Below, one piece after another: positions 9,814-17,087 of a DNA stretch of 64,000 bases. This DNA is from Bacilli bacterium. Lineage in GTDB: Bacteria > Bacillota_I > Bacilli_A > RF39 > UBA660. Under the pieces are notes generated by a model. The model saw nothing but the letters and a program-made list of their open reading frames with translations. It made no database searches and had not been told where the DNA came from. Where the stretch lies: contig JAFZWF010000010.1 in assembly GCA_017617435.1 (NCBI GenBank), positions 11,952 through 75,951 on the forward strand, in the 5' to 3' direction. Every line of letters begins with the position of its first letter. Positions within the stretch are counted from its first letter, which is position 1. The position numbers and the translations under genes are program-made.

Positions 9814-10427
9814 AACTTATTTTGTTCAACTATCTTTATTATAAAATTTACATCACTTATATTATATTTACTTAATTCAAGATATTCTTCATTACTAACA
9901 ACAAATGACATACTTCCATATCCATAATCAAATACTTGTGCATTTGACGCAATTGGTGTTTCATTTTCATCTATGTAAATATTTACGTATTTTCCTTCAT
10001 AATATTTTAGTGTTTCATAGTCGCGATTTAGTATTTTATTGTCACGTGTTGACCATATCATGTGGTCTTCTGGAATATTTTTTACAATAACTCTTGTTAT
10101 TATTTTATGATTGTTGTGGTACAGATATCCAATAAACATTGATGCTGAAAATGTTATTATTAATACAGTAATGATAATTTTTAGTTTTTTATGTGATTTT
10201 ATTTTTTTATCTATATCTTTTATGACTTCTTTATCAGTTTTTAAAAGATCATCTAGTGATATATTAAATTTATTACTTATTAATATAAGTGTTTCTATAT
10301 CTGGATAAGTTCTTCCATTTTCCCAGTTAGAAATTGTTTGTCTTGATATATATAGTTTTTCTGCAAGTTCATCTTGTGTTAAGTTATTATCTTTTCTTAG
10401 TTTAGTTAATTTATCTTTTAAATTCAT
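9810..10427 (-). CDS. XRE-family HTH transcriptional regulator with a transmembrane helix and extracytoplasmic C-terminal domain
   Basis: HTH: LTKLRKDNNLTQDELAEKLYISRQTISNWENGRTYPDIETLILISNKFNISLDDLL. TM: LKIIITVLIITFSASMFIGYL. The track ORF extends to 10499, but the Met at 10427 has an AAAGGAAAAG RBS and a TATAAT (minus strand, 10473-10468) lies inside the extension. Its stop overlaps the PFOR stop. Confidence 0.8.
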   Translation of the reverse strand: MNLKDKLTKLRKDNNLTQDELAEKLYISRQTISNWENGRTYPDIETLILISNKFNISLDDLLKTDKEVIKDIDKKIKSHKKLKIIITVLIITFSASMFIGYLYHNNHKIITRVIVKNIPEDHMIWSTRDNKILNRDYETLKYYEGKYVNIYIDENETPIASNAQVFDYGYGSMSFVVSNEEYLELSKYNISDVNFIIKIVEQNKF

Positions 10428-10514
10428 ATATACTTTTCCTTTCTTATATAAAGAGTATATATGTATATTATAAACTTTTCTATCAAAGGTATTTGACATA
10501 GAATAGATTTAAAC

Positions 10515-10611
10515 AAAAAAAATAGGAGCTGCCCCCTGAGACAGCTCCAAAGAATAAAAAGGGGTTGACTAGTGTGATACTAGTACCAATTCGCCTCTTA
10601 GTGAATTGGTG
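10515..10611 (-). ncRNA. Candidate small RNA, or terminator-containing leader, of unknown family
   Basis: Minus strand only. After the promoter below come hairpins ACCAATTC-N10-GAATTGGT (10585-10610), ACTAGT-N5-ACTAGT (10568-10584), an unpaired CAACCCC linker (10567-10561), then GGAGCTG-N10-CAGCTCC (10525-10548) followed by a T8 run (10522-10515). No ORF longer than 6 codons. Confidence 0.45.
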
Positions 10612-10617
10612 ATACTT

Positions 10618-10646
10618 ATCCTAATCGAAAAGTACTATTTTGTCAA
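10618..10646 (-). promoter_or_regulatory. Sigma-70-type promoter for the minus-strand candidate sRNA
   Basis: TTGACA (10646-10641), 17-nt spacer, TAGGAT (10623-10618). The -35 is part of the 9-mer TTGACAAAA, which is also used by the divergent promoter. Confidence 0.4.
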
Positions 10647-10714
10647 GCATTTTTTATTATTTTTTTAATTATTTTATTTCGACAAAATATTTATAAAATA
10701 TTCATTTATTTAAA

Positions 10715-10743
10715 TTGACAAAAAAGGTAAAAAATTATAAACT
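10715..10743 (+). promoter_or_regulatory. Sigma-70-type promoter for the plus-strand candidate sRNA
   Basis: TTGACA (10715-10720, within TTGACAAAA), 17-nt spacer, TAAACT (10738-10743). Confidence 0.4.
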
Positions 10744-10749
10744 TATTAT

Positions 10750-10844
10750 AGCATGATACTATCATGCTAGACCCATCTACGATTTTTGTAGTTAGGTCAA
10801 ACCAAAACCCCCTGAATGACCGGCTTATGCCGGTCTTTTTGTTT
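10750..10844 (+). ncRNA. Candidate small RNA of unknown family
   Basis: Hairpin AGCATGA-N5-TCATGCT (10750-10768). Imperfect hairpin GACC..CTAC-GATTTTT-GTAG..GGTC (10771-10798). Unpaired AAACCAAAACCCCCTGAAT (CCCCC at 10808-10812). Terminator GACCGGC-TTAT-GCCGGTC plus TTTTT (10818-10840). No ORF. The downstream gene has its own TGATATAAT promoter after the terminator. Confidence 0.45.
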
Positions 10845-10859
10845 ATATTATATATATTA

Positions 10860-10868
10860 TGATATAAT
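10860..10868 (+). promoter_or_regulatory. Extended -10 element TGATATAAT
   Basis: TGnTATAAT with 18 nt between its 3' end and the ATG at 10887. A TTGTTT -35-like box lies 18 nt upstream. Confidence 0.45.
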
Positions 10869-10886
10869 TGTTGTAGGTGATATAAA

Positions 10887-11360
10887 ATGGAACATTTAGT
10901 TCGTAGTCATGATGGATGTGGACATTATATTTCAAATAATGATTCTGAAATAATAACTGCATGGTGTGAAATATGTGGTGATAGAGATGACATTCTTCTT
11001 TCTTATGATGAAACAAATATTAAAGAACCATTTAGAAGTTTATTTAGATATTTTATTAGAAATTTAATTTTTAGTAGAAAAAAATTAAATGAACAACTTG
11101 ATTTATTTGATGTTGATATTATAGGTAATGATAAAGCAATTGATGAAATTTTATATATTGCAAACTGTGAAATAGAAGATAGTAAATATATATTAAAAGA
11201 ACTTTATGAAGAAAAATATATAGATGAAGAATTATATAATAAACTTATTAGATATTTAGATTTAATGTTATTTAGGGAATTTAAGTATTTTGATAAACTA
11301 GGATTTAACTTGGATAATAATATTACTGAGAGAGTAAGGAAAGAAAATAAGTTGTTATGA
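10887..11360 (+). CDS. Hypothetical protein with N-terminal Cys/His cluster (possible zinc ribbon)
   Basis: 157-aa ORF with AGGTGA RBS. N-terminus HDGCGHYISNNDSEIITAWCEICGD (CxH...CxxC). No family recognised by eye. Ends in TGA, overlapping the next ATG (ATGA). Confidence 0.65.
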   Translation: MEHLVRSHDGCGHYISNNDSEIITAWCEICGDRDDILLSYDETNIKEPFRSLFRYFIRNLIFSRKKLNEQLDLFDVDIIGNDKAIDEILYIANCEIEDSKYILKELYEEKYIDEELYNKLIRYLDLMLFREFKYFDKLGFNLDNNITERVRKENKLL

Positions 11361-11680
11361 AAAAATATTTATATGATTATATTAAAGAAATTGAAGAGTT
11401 ATTAAATCATAATAATAAAATATCAGATGATATTATTAATAATCACTTGATAAAAATTAATTTTTTTCAACATGAAAGATTAATTCATTTATTAGTTACT
11501 TTATTTTATGCATTAATATTTTTATTATTTATGGGTTTATGTATAGTTCATTATATATTCTTTATAGTGGCATTTATTTTACTTATATTTTTACTATTTT
11601 ATATAGTACATTATTTTCACTTAGAAAATGGAGTACAATATTTATATAAACAATATGACAAGATGATTAGTAGGAAATAA
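11357..11680 (+). CDS. Hypothetical small membrane protein (two TM helices)
   Basis: 107-aa ORF translationally coupled (ATGA overlap) to the preceding gene. Hydrophobic LIHLLVTLFYALIFLLFMGLCIVHYIFFIVAFILLIFLLFYIV. Confidence 0.6.
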   Translation: MKKYLYDYIKEIEELLNHNNKISDDIINNHLIKINFFQHERLIHLLVTLFYALIFLLFMGLCIVHYIFFIVAFILLIFLLFYIVHYFHLENGVQYLYKQYDKMISRK

Positions 11681-11685
11681 TATTT

Positions 11686-12198
11686 ATGGAAGAACTTATT
11701 TGTAGAAAAGCAACAATTAGTGATATATTCAAAATGGTTGATGATGATTTAATGACTGGTGCATACGATAACAGTTTTGCAAGTTCACAGATTAATTTAA
11801 TTGTTGATCGAATTAAAGAAAATCTAGCAATTACATATGTAGGTACATTAAATGATGAAATAATTTGTGAAATAACAGCTGCAATTAGTCCCATTGCAAT
11901 TTTAAATGAAGTAAATAATACTTTAGGACTTGTTGATAATAAAACTGCTTATTTATTTAATATACTTACTAAAAAAGAATATAGAAATCATGGATATTTT
12001 ACTAAACTTCTTCAATATGTTTTAGATGATTTAAAAAGTAAAGGCTATGATAAAGTAACTTTAGGTGTTGATGTATCTAACAAAAAAAATATGAGTATAT
12101 ATAAAAATAATGAATTTAATGAACATATAAAAAGTGTTAAGAAAATATATGGTAAGAATAACATAGTAGAAATAGAATATTTAGGAAGAAAGATATAA
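11686..12198 (+). CDS. GNAT-family N-acetyltransferase
   Basis: 170-aa ORF. Acetyl-CoA binding-type segment LFNILTKKEYRNHGYFTKLLQYVLDDLKSKGYDKVTLGV...SIYKNNEF. Confidence 0.75.
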   Translation: MEELICRKATISDIFKMVDDDLMTGAYDNSFASSQINLIVDRIKENLAITYVGTLNDEIICEITAAISPIAILNEVNNTLGLVDNKTAYLFNILTKKEYRNHGYFTKLLQYVLDDLKSKGYDKVTLGVDVSNKKNMSIYKNNEFNEHIKSVKKIYGKNNIVEIEYLGRKI

Positions 12199-12232
12199 AA
12201 AAAGCTATCAATTTGATAGCTTTATTTTTTTC
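12199..12232. terminator. Bidirectional terminator between convergent genes
   Basis: AAAGCTATCAA / TTGATAGCTTT palindrome flanked by an A-run (5') and a T-run (3'). It overlaps the stop of the minus-strand gene. Confidence 0.6.
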
Positions 12233-12704
12233 TTTGTTTATTTTCTTTTTTATTAAATTCAATGATGTCATTAAAATCTATAAAGTTTTCATTAACGGCA
12301 GTTCTGTTGCAGAAGAATGCTGTTCCTTGACCCATGTTAAATCCGATTTCAAAACCAATATCATTATAAGTTATTTGATAGAAGTTTCCAAATGCACATG
12401 GATATGGATATATTAATTTCTTTTGTGCATATTCATCTATTGCTTTATATAAAAAACATAAATTTTTAGCATTTTTAATGTTCATGTCTGTTTTATATTT
12501 ATCTATAATTTCGTCATCATCATAGAAAACGCCAATTTCTTTTGTATATTCAATTAACCAATTAATGTATTCATCATTTGATCCGATAGCATTTATTATT
12601 TCGTTTCTTTTTAAGATTTCACCAATTAATTTTGATTTTAAATCTATTTTTCGTTTTTCTCTTAATTTATTGTACTGCTCAATAATTTCATTATAGTTTT
12701 TCAT
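12222..12704 (-). CDS. Hypothetical protein
   Basis: The track ORF reaches 12737, but the Met at 12704 (MKNYNEII...) follows a GGAGG RBS. No family recognised. Confidence 0.6.
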   Translation of the reverse strand: MKNYNEIIEQYNKLREKRKIDLKSKLIGEILKRNEIINAIGSNDEYINWLIEYTKEIGVFYDDDEIIDKYKTDMNIKNAKNLCFLYKAIDEYAQKKLIYPYPCAFGNFYQITYNDIGFEIGFNMGQGTAFFCNRTAVNENFIDFNDIIEFNKKENKQRKK

Positions 12705-12746
12705 AACAAAACCTCCTTCATAGATAAATTGTAACACTACTATATA

Positions 12747-13352
12747 TTAACTAGCAATAATATCTTCAACATATGTTTCTTTACCCATACCTCTAGTTCT
12801 TACCTTTACTGTAGAACTATTAAAGTAACTATTTAATGGATAACCTTCATTTATTTTATTTATTGCTTCTGAAAGAGCATATTCATTAACATCATATGGA
12901 ATTCTAGTCATACATCTTATATCGTCACCATCTAAATATACCGTGTTAATAGAGAATATACATATATTTACTTGATTATATGGAATATCACCCATAAATG
13001 ATTTTCTAAAATCTCCAACTTGATATTGTATTTCAACAAATTCTTGAAATTCATCATCTTTTCTTTCGAATCCATCTAATATTTGTTGAAATGTACTTCC
13101 TTCAAATACTTGAGTATGCCTTATTATTGGCGTGTCATAACTTTGAAAGTTAACAGGAATATTATTATTTACTTTTCCTTGAAAATAATTACTTATATGA
13201 ACGGCATATAAAGTTTCTAAATCATCTGCATAAACTTGTAAGTAACCATATGTTTGAAAACCTATGCGCCATGCATCTTTTAATGATCTAAATTTTCTAT
13301 AATCAATATCATCATATAAGCTATATAACAACTTTTTATTTTCGTTATTCAT
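12747..13352 (-). CDS. Hypothetical protein
   Basis: The track ORF starts at TTG 13370 with no RBS. ATG 13352 (MNNENKK...) follows GAAAGAAA. No family recognised. It lies upstream of and on the same strand as 12222..12704. Confidence 0.6.
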   Translation of the reverse strand: MNNENKKLLYSLYDDIDYRKFRSLKDAWRIGFQTYGYLQVYADDLETLYAVHISNYFQGKVNNNIPVNFQSYDTPIIRHTQVFEGSTFQQILDGFERKDDEFQEFVEIQYQVGDFRKSFMGDIPYNQVNICIFSINTVYLDGDDIRCMTRIPYDVNEYALSEAINKINEGYPLNSYFNSSTVKVRTRGMGKETYVEDIIAS

Positions 13353-13477
13353 AAATATGATTTCTTTCAATAATAATTATTATTATATATGATATTTTAT
13401 ATTTAAATATTTGTTAATTAATTGATATTTATTCTACATAATTATGATAAAATAAATATGTAAGGTGGAGATAATAG

Positions 13478-13870
13478 ATGAAAGAAACTTATGAATTTTT
13501 AAAAGATTGTGGAACTTATTTTTTATCTACAATTGATGTAGATAAACCTAGAGTAAGACCATTTGGTACAGTAAACGTATTTGAGAATAAACTTTATATT
13601 CAAACTGGTAAAAGTAAAAATGTATATAAACAAATTATAAATAATCCTTATGTAGAAATATGTGCATTTAAAGATGGCAGGTGGATTAGAGTATCTGGAG
13701 AACTTATACCTGATGATAGAGTAGAAGCAAAAAAAGATATGTTAGATCACTATCCTGAACTTAGGAATATGTATAGTGAAAATGATGATAATACAATAGT
13801 TTTATATTTTAAATCTGCAAAAAGCACAATTTATTCATTTACTAGTGAACCAATCACTTATGAGTTTTAA
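13478..13870 (+). CDS. Pyridoxamine 5'-phosphate oxidase-like FMN-binding split-barrel protein
   Basis: 130-aa ORF with AAGGTGGAG RBS. The pattern CGTYFLSTIDVDKPRVRPFGTVNVFENKLYIQTGKSKNVYKQIINNPYVEICAF is typical of the PNPOx-like family. Confidence 0.75.
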   Translation: MKETYEFLKDCGTYFLSTIDVDKPRVRPFGTVNVFENKLYIQTGKSKNVYKQIINNPYVEICAFKDGRWIRVSGELIPDDRVEAKKDMLDHYPELRNMYSENDDNTIVLYFKSAKSTIYSFTSEPITYEF

Positions 13871-13893
13871 TTATAGTTAAGGGAAAAAGATTT

Positions 13894-14457
13894 ATGGGTT
13901 TATTTTTTAATAAAAAGAAAGAAGATAAGGTAGAAACCATTAATAATAATATAGCTAGTAATAATTTAACTAATACTGTTGATGAAAAAGATTTTATTTT
14001 TACATCTATTGTTAAAGGTATACAAGGTATACCTTATAATACAACTATATTATTAGTTAATAATGAGGTAGATAATACACTTGATTTTATTTATAATTTA
14101 ACGAATGATAGAAATAATAATGTTACTATTAAGTTTCAAAAGAATCTAGTGCATGAAATTTCATGTAGATCAGCTGTTAGGGTTCAAACAACACCTAAAA
14201 AATCTGAAGAAAAAGAAACTAAAAGTTTACTTTTATCTGCTGTAGCTTTTGGAGGTAATCCTATTTTACAAACTTTAGGTGGGACATATTTTAATAGTTT
14301 ATTTGAGTCTTTAGATAATAACTATTCTAAAGTTGAGTTTAACACGTATTATGAAATAATTTTAAAAGTTAATTATAACAATCAAGAGTTTGATATATTA
14401 CTAAACTGTGATTTAAAACCAGAAGAATTTATAAATAGTTTTAAATCAAATAGTTAA
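13894..14457 (+). CDS. Hypothetical protein
   Basis: 187-aa ORF with AAGGGAAAAAG RBS. N-terminus MGLFFNKKKED. No family recognised. Confidence 0.6.
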   Translation: MGLFFNKKKEDKVETINNNIASNNLTNTVDEKDFIFTSIVKGIQGIPYNTTILLVNNEVDNTLDFIYNLTNDRNNNVTIKFQKNLVHEISCRSAVRVQTTPKKSEEKETKSLLLSAVAFGGNPILQTLGGTYFNSLFESLDNNYSKVEFNTYYEIILKVNYNNQEFDILLNCDLKPEEFINSFKSNS

Positions 14458-14489
14458 TAAATATGTTAAAATAAATATATATGAAGTAG

Positions 14490-15881
14490 GTGGATTTTGT
14501 GTTTGATGTTGTAATAATCGGAGCTGGTCCTGCAGGACTATTTGCTGCTTATGAACTTGTTAATAAAAAGAAAGATATAAAGATAGCTATTTTAGATAGA
14601 GGGTCTTTTGTAAAAAATAGGGTTTGTCCTATGAATAAACTAGGTGTACCATGTAAAAATTGTAATCCTTGCGCTATTTTATCGGGTTATGGTGGTGCAG
14701 GAACATTTTCTGATGGTAAACTTAACTTTATACCTAAACTTGGAAAAAGTGATTTAACTAAATATATGAGTGAATCTGAAAGTTACAAGTTAATTGATGA
14801 AACAGAAGCTATATTTAACGAATTTAAAATGGATGCTGATGTTTATCCAAGTAATATGGATGAAGCCGAAGAGATCAGAAAAAAAGTTGCTGTTGCTGGT
14901 GCTAAACTTTTAATTATTAAGCAAAAACATTTAGGTTCAGATCATTTACCGGAGTATATTCAGGGAATATCAGATTATTTAGAAAAGAAAAATGTTAAAT
15001 TATTTGAAAGAGCAAATGTTGAAGATATTATAAAGATAAAAAATGGATACGATGTTTTATATAATAAAAAAGAAAGAATAAGTGCAAAACGGGTAATTGT
15101 TGCTCCAGGAAGAACAGGAGCTAAATGGGTTCAAGAACTTGCTGATAAATATAATATAGAATATACATCAAAAAGCATTGAAGTTGGAGTTAGAGTTGAG
15201 GTCAGAAAAGATATAATGAAAGATATAACTAATGTTATATATGATCCTACTATCTTTATTAAAACTAAAACTTATGGTGATGAAATAAGAACATTCTGTA
15301 CAAATCCTGGAGGATTTGTTGCTAAAGAAAATTATTATGGTTATATATGTGTTAATGGTCATGCACTAAAAGATATAAAAAGTAATAATACTAACTTTGC
15401 ATTTATTTCTAAAGTTAATTTAACAGAACCTGTTACTAACACAAGACTTTATGGAGAATCTATTGCTAAGATAGCTAATGTTTTAGGTGATGGTAAACCA
15501 ATTATTCAAAACTTAAAAGATTTAAAAAACGGACGTAGAAGTGAGTGGCATAGATTAAACAAAGGATTTATTGAACCGACTTTAAAAGATTGTGTTGCTG
15601 GAGATCTAGCTTTAGTTCTTCCACATAGAATCATTACAAATATTTTAGAAGGTTTAGAAATTCTTGATAAAATTATTCCGGGAATAAATAATGATGATAC
15701 TTTATTATATGGACCTGAAATAAAATTTTTTAGTAATGAAATTGAAACAGATAATAACTTTAAATTAGAAGATGAAGATATTTATTTTGTTGGTGATGGA
15801 TCAGGTAAAGCTGGCAATATAGTAACTGCTGCTGCAACAGGTTTGGTTGCTGCAAGAGATATCATTAAAAATATTAAATAA
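14490..15881 (+). CDS. FAD-dependent oxidoreductase (uncharacterised NAD(FAD)-utilising dehydrogenase family, COG2509-like)
   Basis: Dinucleotide fold FDVVIIGAGPAGLFAAYEL. YGGAGTFSDGKL and C-terminal VGDGSGKAGNIVTAAATG. The start is GTG 14490 or GTG 14499; the latter is 5 nt after AGGTGG. Confidence 0.8.
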   Translation: MDFVFDVVIIGAGPAGLFAAYELVNKKKDIKIAILDRGSFVKNRVCPMNKLGVPCKNCNPCAILSGYGGAGTFSDGKLNFIPKLGKSDLTKYMSESESYKLIDETEAIFNEFKMDADVYPSNMDEAEEIRKKVAVAGAKLLIIKQKHLGSDHLPEYIQGISDYLEKKNVKLFERANVEDIIKIKNGYDVLYNKKERISAKRVIVAPGRTGAKWVQELADKYNIEYTSKSIEVGVRVEVRKDIMKDITNVIYDPTIFIKTKTYGDEIRTFCTNPGGFVAKENYYGYICVNGHALKDIKSNNTNFAFISKVNLTEPVTNTRLYGESIAKIANVLGDGKPIIQNLKDLKNGRRSEWHRLNKGFIEPTLKDCVAGDLALVLPHRIITNILEGLEILDKIIPGINNDDTLLYGPEIKFFSNEIETDNNFKLEDEDIYFVGDGSGKAGNIVTAAATGLVAARDIIKNIK

Positions 15882-15883
15882 TA

Positions 15884-15911
15884 AAAGAAGTCATTTATAT
15901 GACTTCTTTTT
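15884..15911 (+). terminator. Rho-independent terminator
   Basis: AAAGAAGTCAT-TTAT-ATGACTTCTTT followed by a T-run. Confidence 0.65.
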
Positions 15912-16042
15912 ATATAATTATACATAATAATAAGTAAATATAACGTCAAAGTATAATGAAAATAAATGACTTAAAAATAATTAATATTTATAATTAAATT
16001 GTAGAGTACTATTTTTTTATAATATGAAAGGAAATACATAGT

Positions 16043-16636
16043 ATGGGAAATGAAATAAAACCAAAGAAAGAATCTTTTTTTAAGAGATTATTTTCAAAGA
16101 AAAAAACAGCAGAAGTACCTGTTGAAGAACAAAATAATATAGCAGGTGAAGTAGTTGAGGAAAATCTTCAACAATATAATCCAAATGATTTTGTAATGCT
16201 TGAAAAAAATGAGGATATGACTATAACTCAAAATATACCTGTTAATTCACTAAGTAATGATATTGAAGAAACACTTGATGTTGAACCTGTAGCAATTCAA
16301 AATGATAATGTTGTTGTAAGTGAACCACAAGTTCAAACTCAACAACAACCTTTAACACAAGAAACACCTGTTCAACAACCTGTTTCAGAACAAAATGTTC
16401 AAGTTCAACCCGAGTCTTTTGTATTTGAACAACCTGTTCAAAATGAATTTGTTAATACAGAACAAAATGTTGAAGCTCAAGTTATACCTATTGGATTAGA
16501 ACAACAAGTAGCAGTAGAACAACAACCTGTTATTAATAATGTTCAAACAGCTCAAGTCGTTAATCCAAATATTCAACAAAATATTAATGAACAACCAATT
16601 TATCAGGAGGAACAAACTCAAGGAAGAAGTATGTAA
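16043..16636 (+). CDS. Gln/Val/Glu-rich low-complexity protein with basic N-terminus
   Basis: 197-aa ORF with AAAGGAAA RBS. N-terminus MGNEIKPKKESFFKRLFSKKK, then degenerate repeats (VQTQQQP, EQPVQ, EQNVQVQ, VEQQPV). Confidence 0.6.
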   Translation: MGNEIKPKKESFFKRLFSKKKTAEVPVEEQNNIAGEVVEENLQQYNPNDFVMLEKNEDMTITQNIPVNSLSNDIEETLDVEPVAIQNDNVVVSEPQVQTQQQPLTQETPVQQPVSEQNVQVQPESFVFEQPVQNEFVNTEQNVEAQVIPIGLEQQVAVEQQPVINNVQTAQVVNPNIQQNINEQPIYQEEQTQGRSM

Positions 16637-16640
16637 ATTA

Positions 16641-16676
16641 AAAAGATGTTGCACATTGGTGCAACATCTTTTTTTT
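16641..16676. terminator. Bidirectional terminator between convergent genes
   Basis: AAGATGTTGCAC-ATTG-GTGCAACATCTT with flanking A-run and T-run. Confidence 0.7.
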
Positions 16677-17013
16677 AGTTAACTTTTGTTAAACCAGTAT
16701 ATGATGGATTAAATTGTGTTGTAGCTGTTAAGTTAAGTTTTCCATCTTTAACTTCGTATTTATAAACAATATCTTCACTCCATACATCTAAAGATATTGT
16801 TACGGTATCATCTTTTACTGTATATTTACCACTTGATTCAATTCCAAATTGGTTTTCATATTTAACTACATCTTTTTTAAGAAATTCCCATTTTACTTCT
16901 ATACCATCATTTGTAGCACCTTTCCATTTACCAATAAGTTTATTGGATTTACCACAACCAACTAAAACAAGTAAAAAGCATACAGTAATTATAGATAATA
17001 AAATTTTCTTCAT
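16675..17013 (-). CDS. Lipoprotein with lipocalin-like (DUF5640-type) domain
   Basis: 112-aa ORF with AAGGAGG RBS. Lipobox LLVLVGC. The pattern GKWKG...VKWEF..D.V...N is typical of small lipocalin-like lipoproteins. Confidence 0.7.
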   Translation of the reverse strand: MKKILLSIITVCFLLVLVGCGKSNKLIGKWKGATNDGIEVKWEFLKKDVVKYENQFGIESSGKYTVKDDTVTISLDVWSEDIVYKYEVKDGKLNLTATTQFNPSYTGLTKVN

Positions 17014-17087
17014 TTTTACATCCTCCTTATATGATTAATTATACAATTATTTATTTTATAAATCTATATTAATCATATAATTTATAT

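Noticed and set aside
10500-10886. Known riboswitch or housekeeping RNA in the long intergenic gap. I considered a preQ1-I-like H-type pseudoknot (hairpin with CCCC loop plus A-rich tail plus GGGG read on the plus strand), SRP RNA, 6S RNA, tmRNA and RNase P.
   Set aside because: The plus-strand pseudoknot reading has no promoter, because it would start inside the XRE gene, and no downstream gene to control. None of the conserved cores I remember for preQ1, SRP (GGAAGCAGCC-type helix 8), tmRNA or RNase P is present. I kept the region as unclassified sRNA candidates instead.
16300-16600. A tandem DNA repeat or minisatellite in the Gln-rich gene.
   Set aside because: The repeats are short and degenerate (caacaacctgt-like) with no fixed period. 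They are best described as low-complexity coding sequence.
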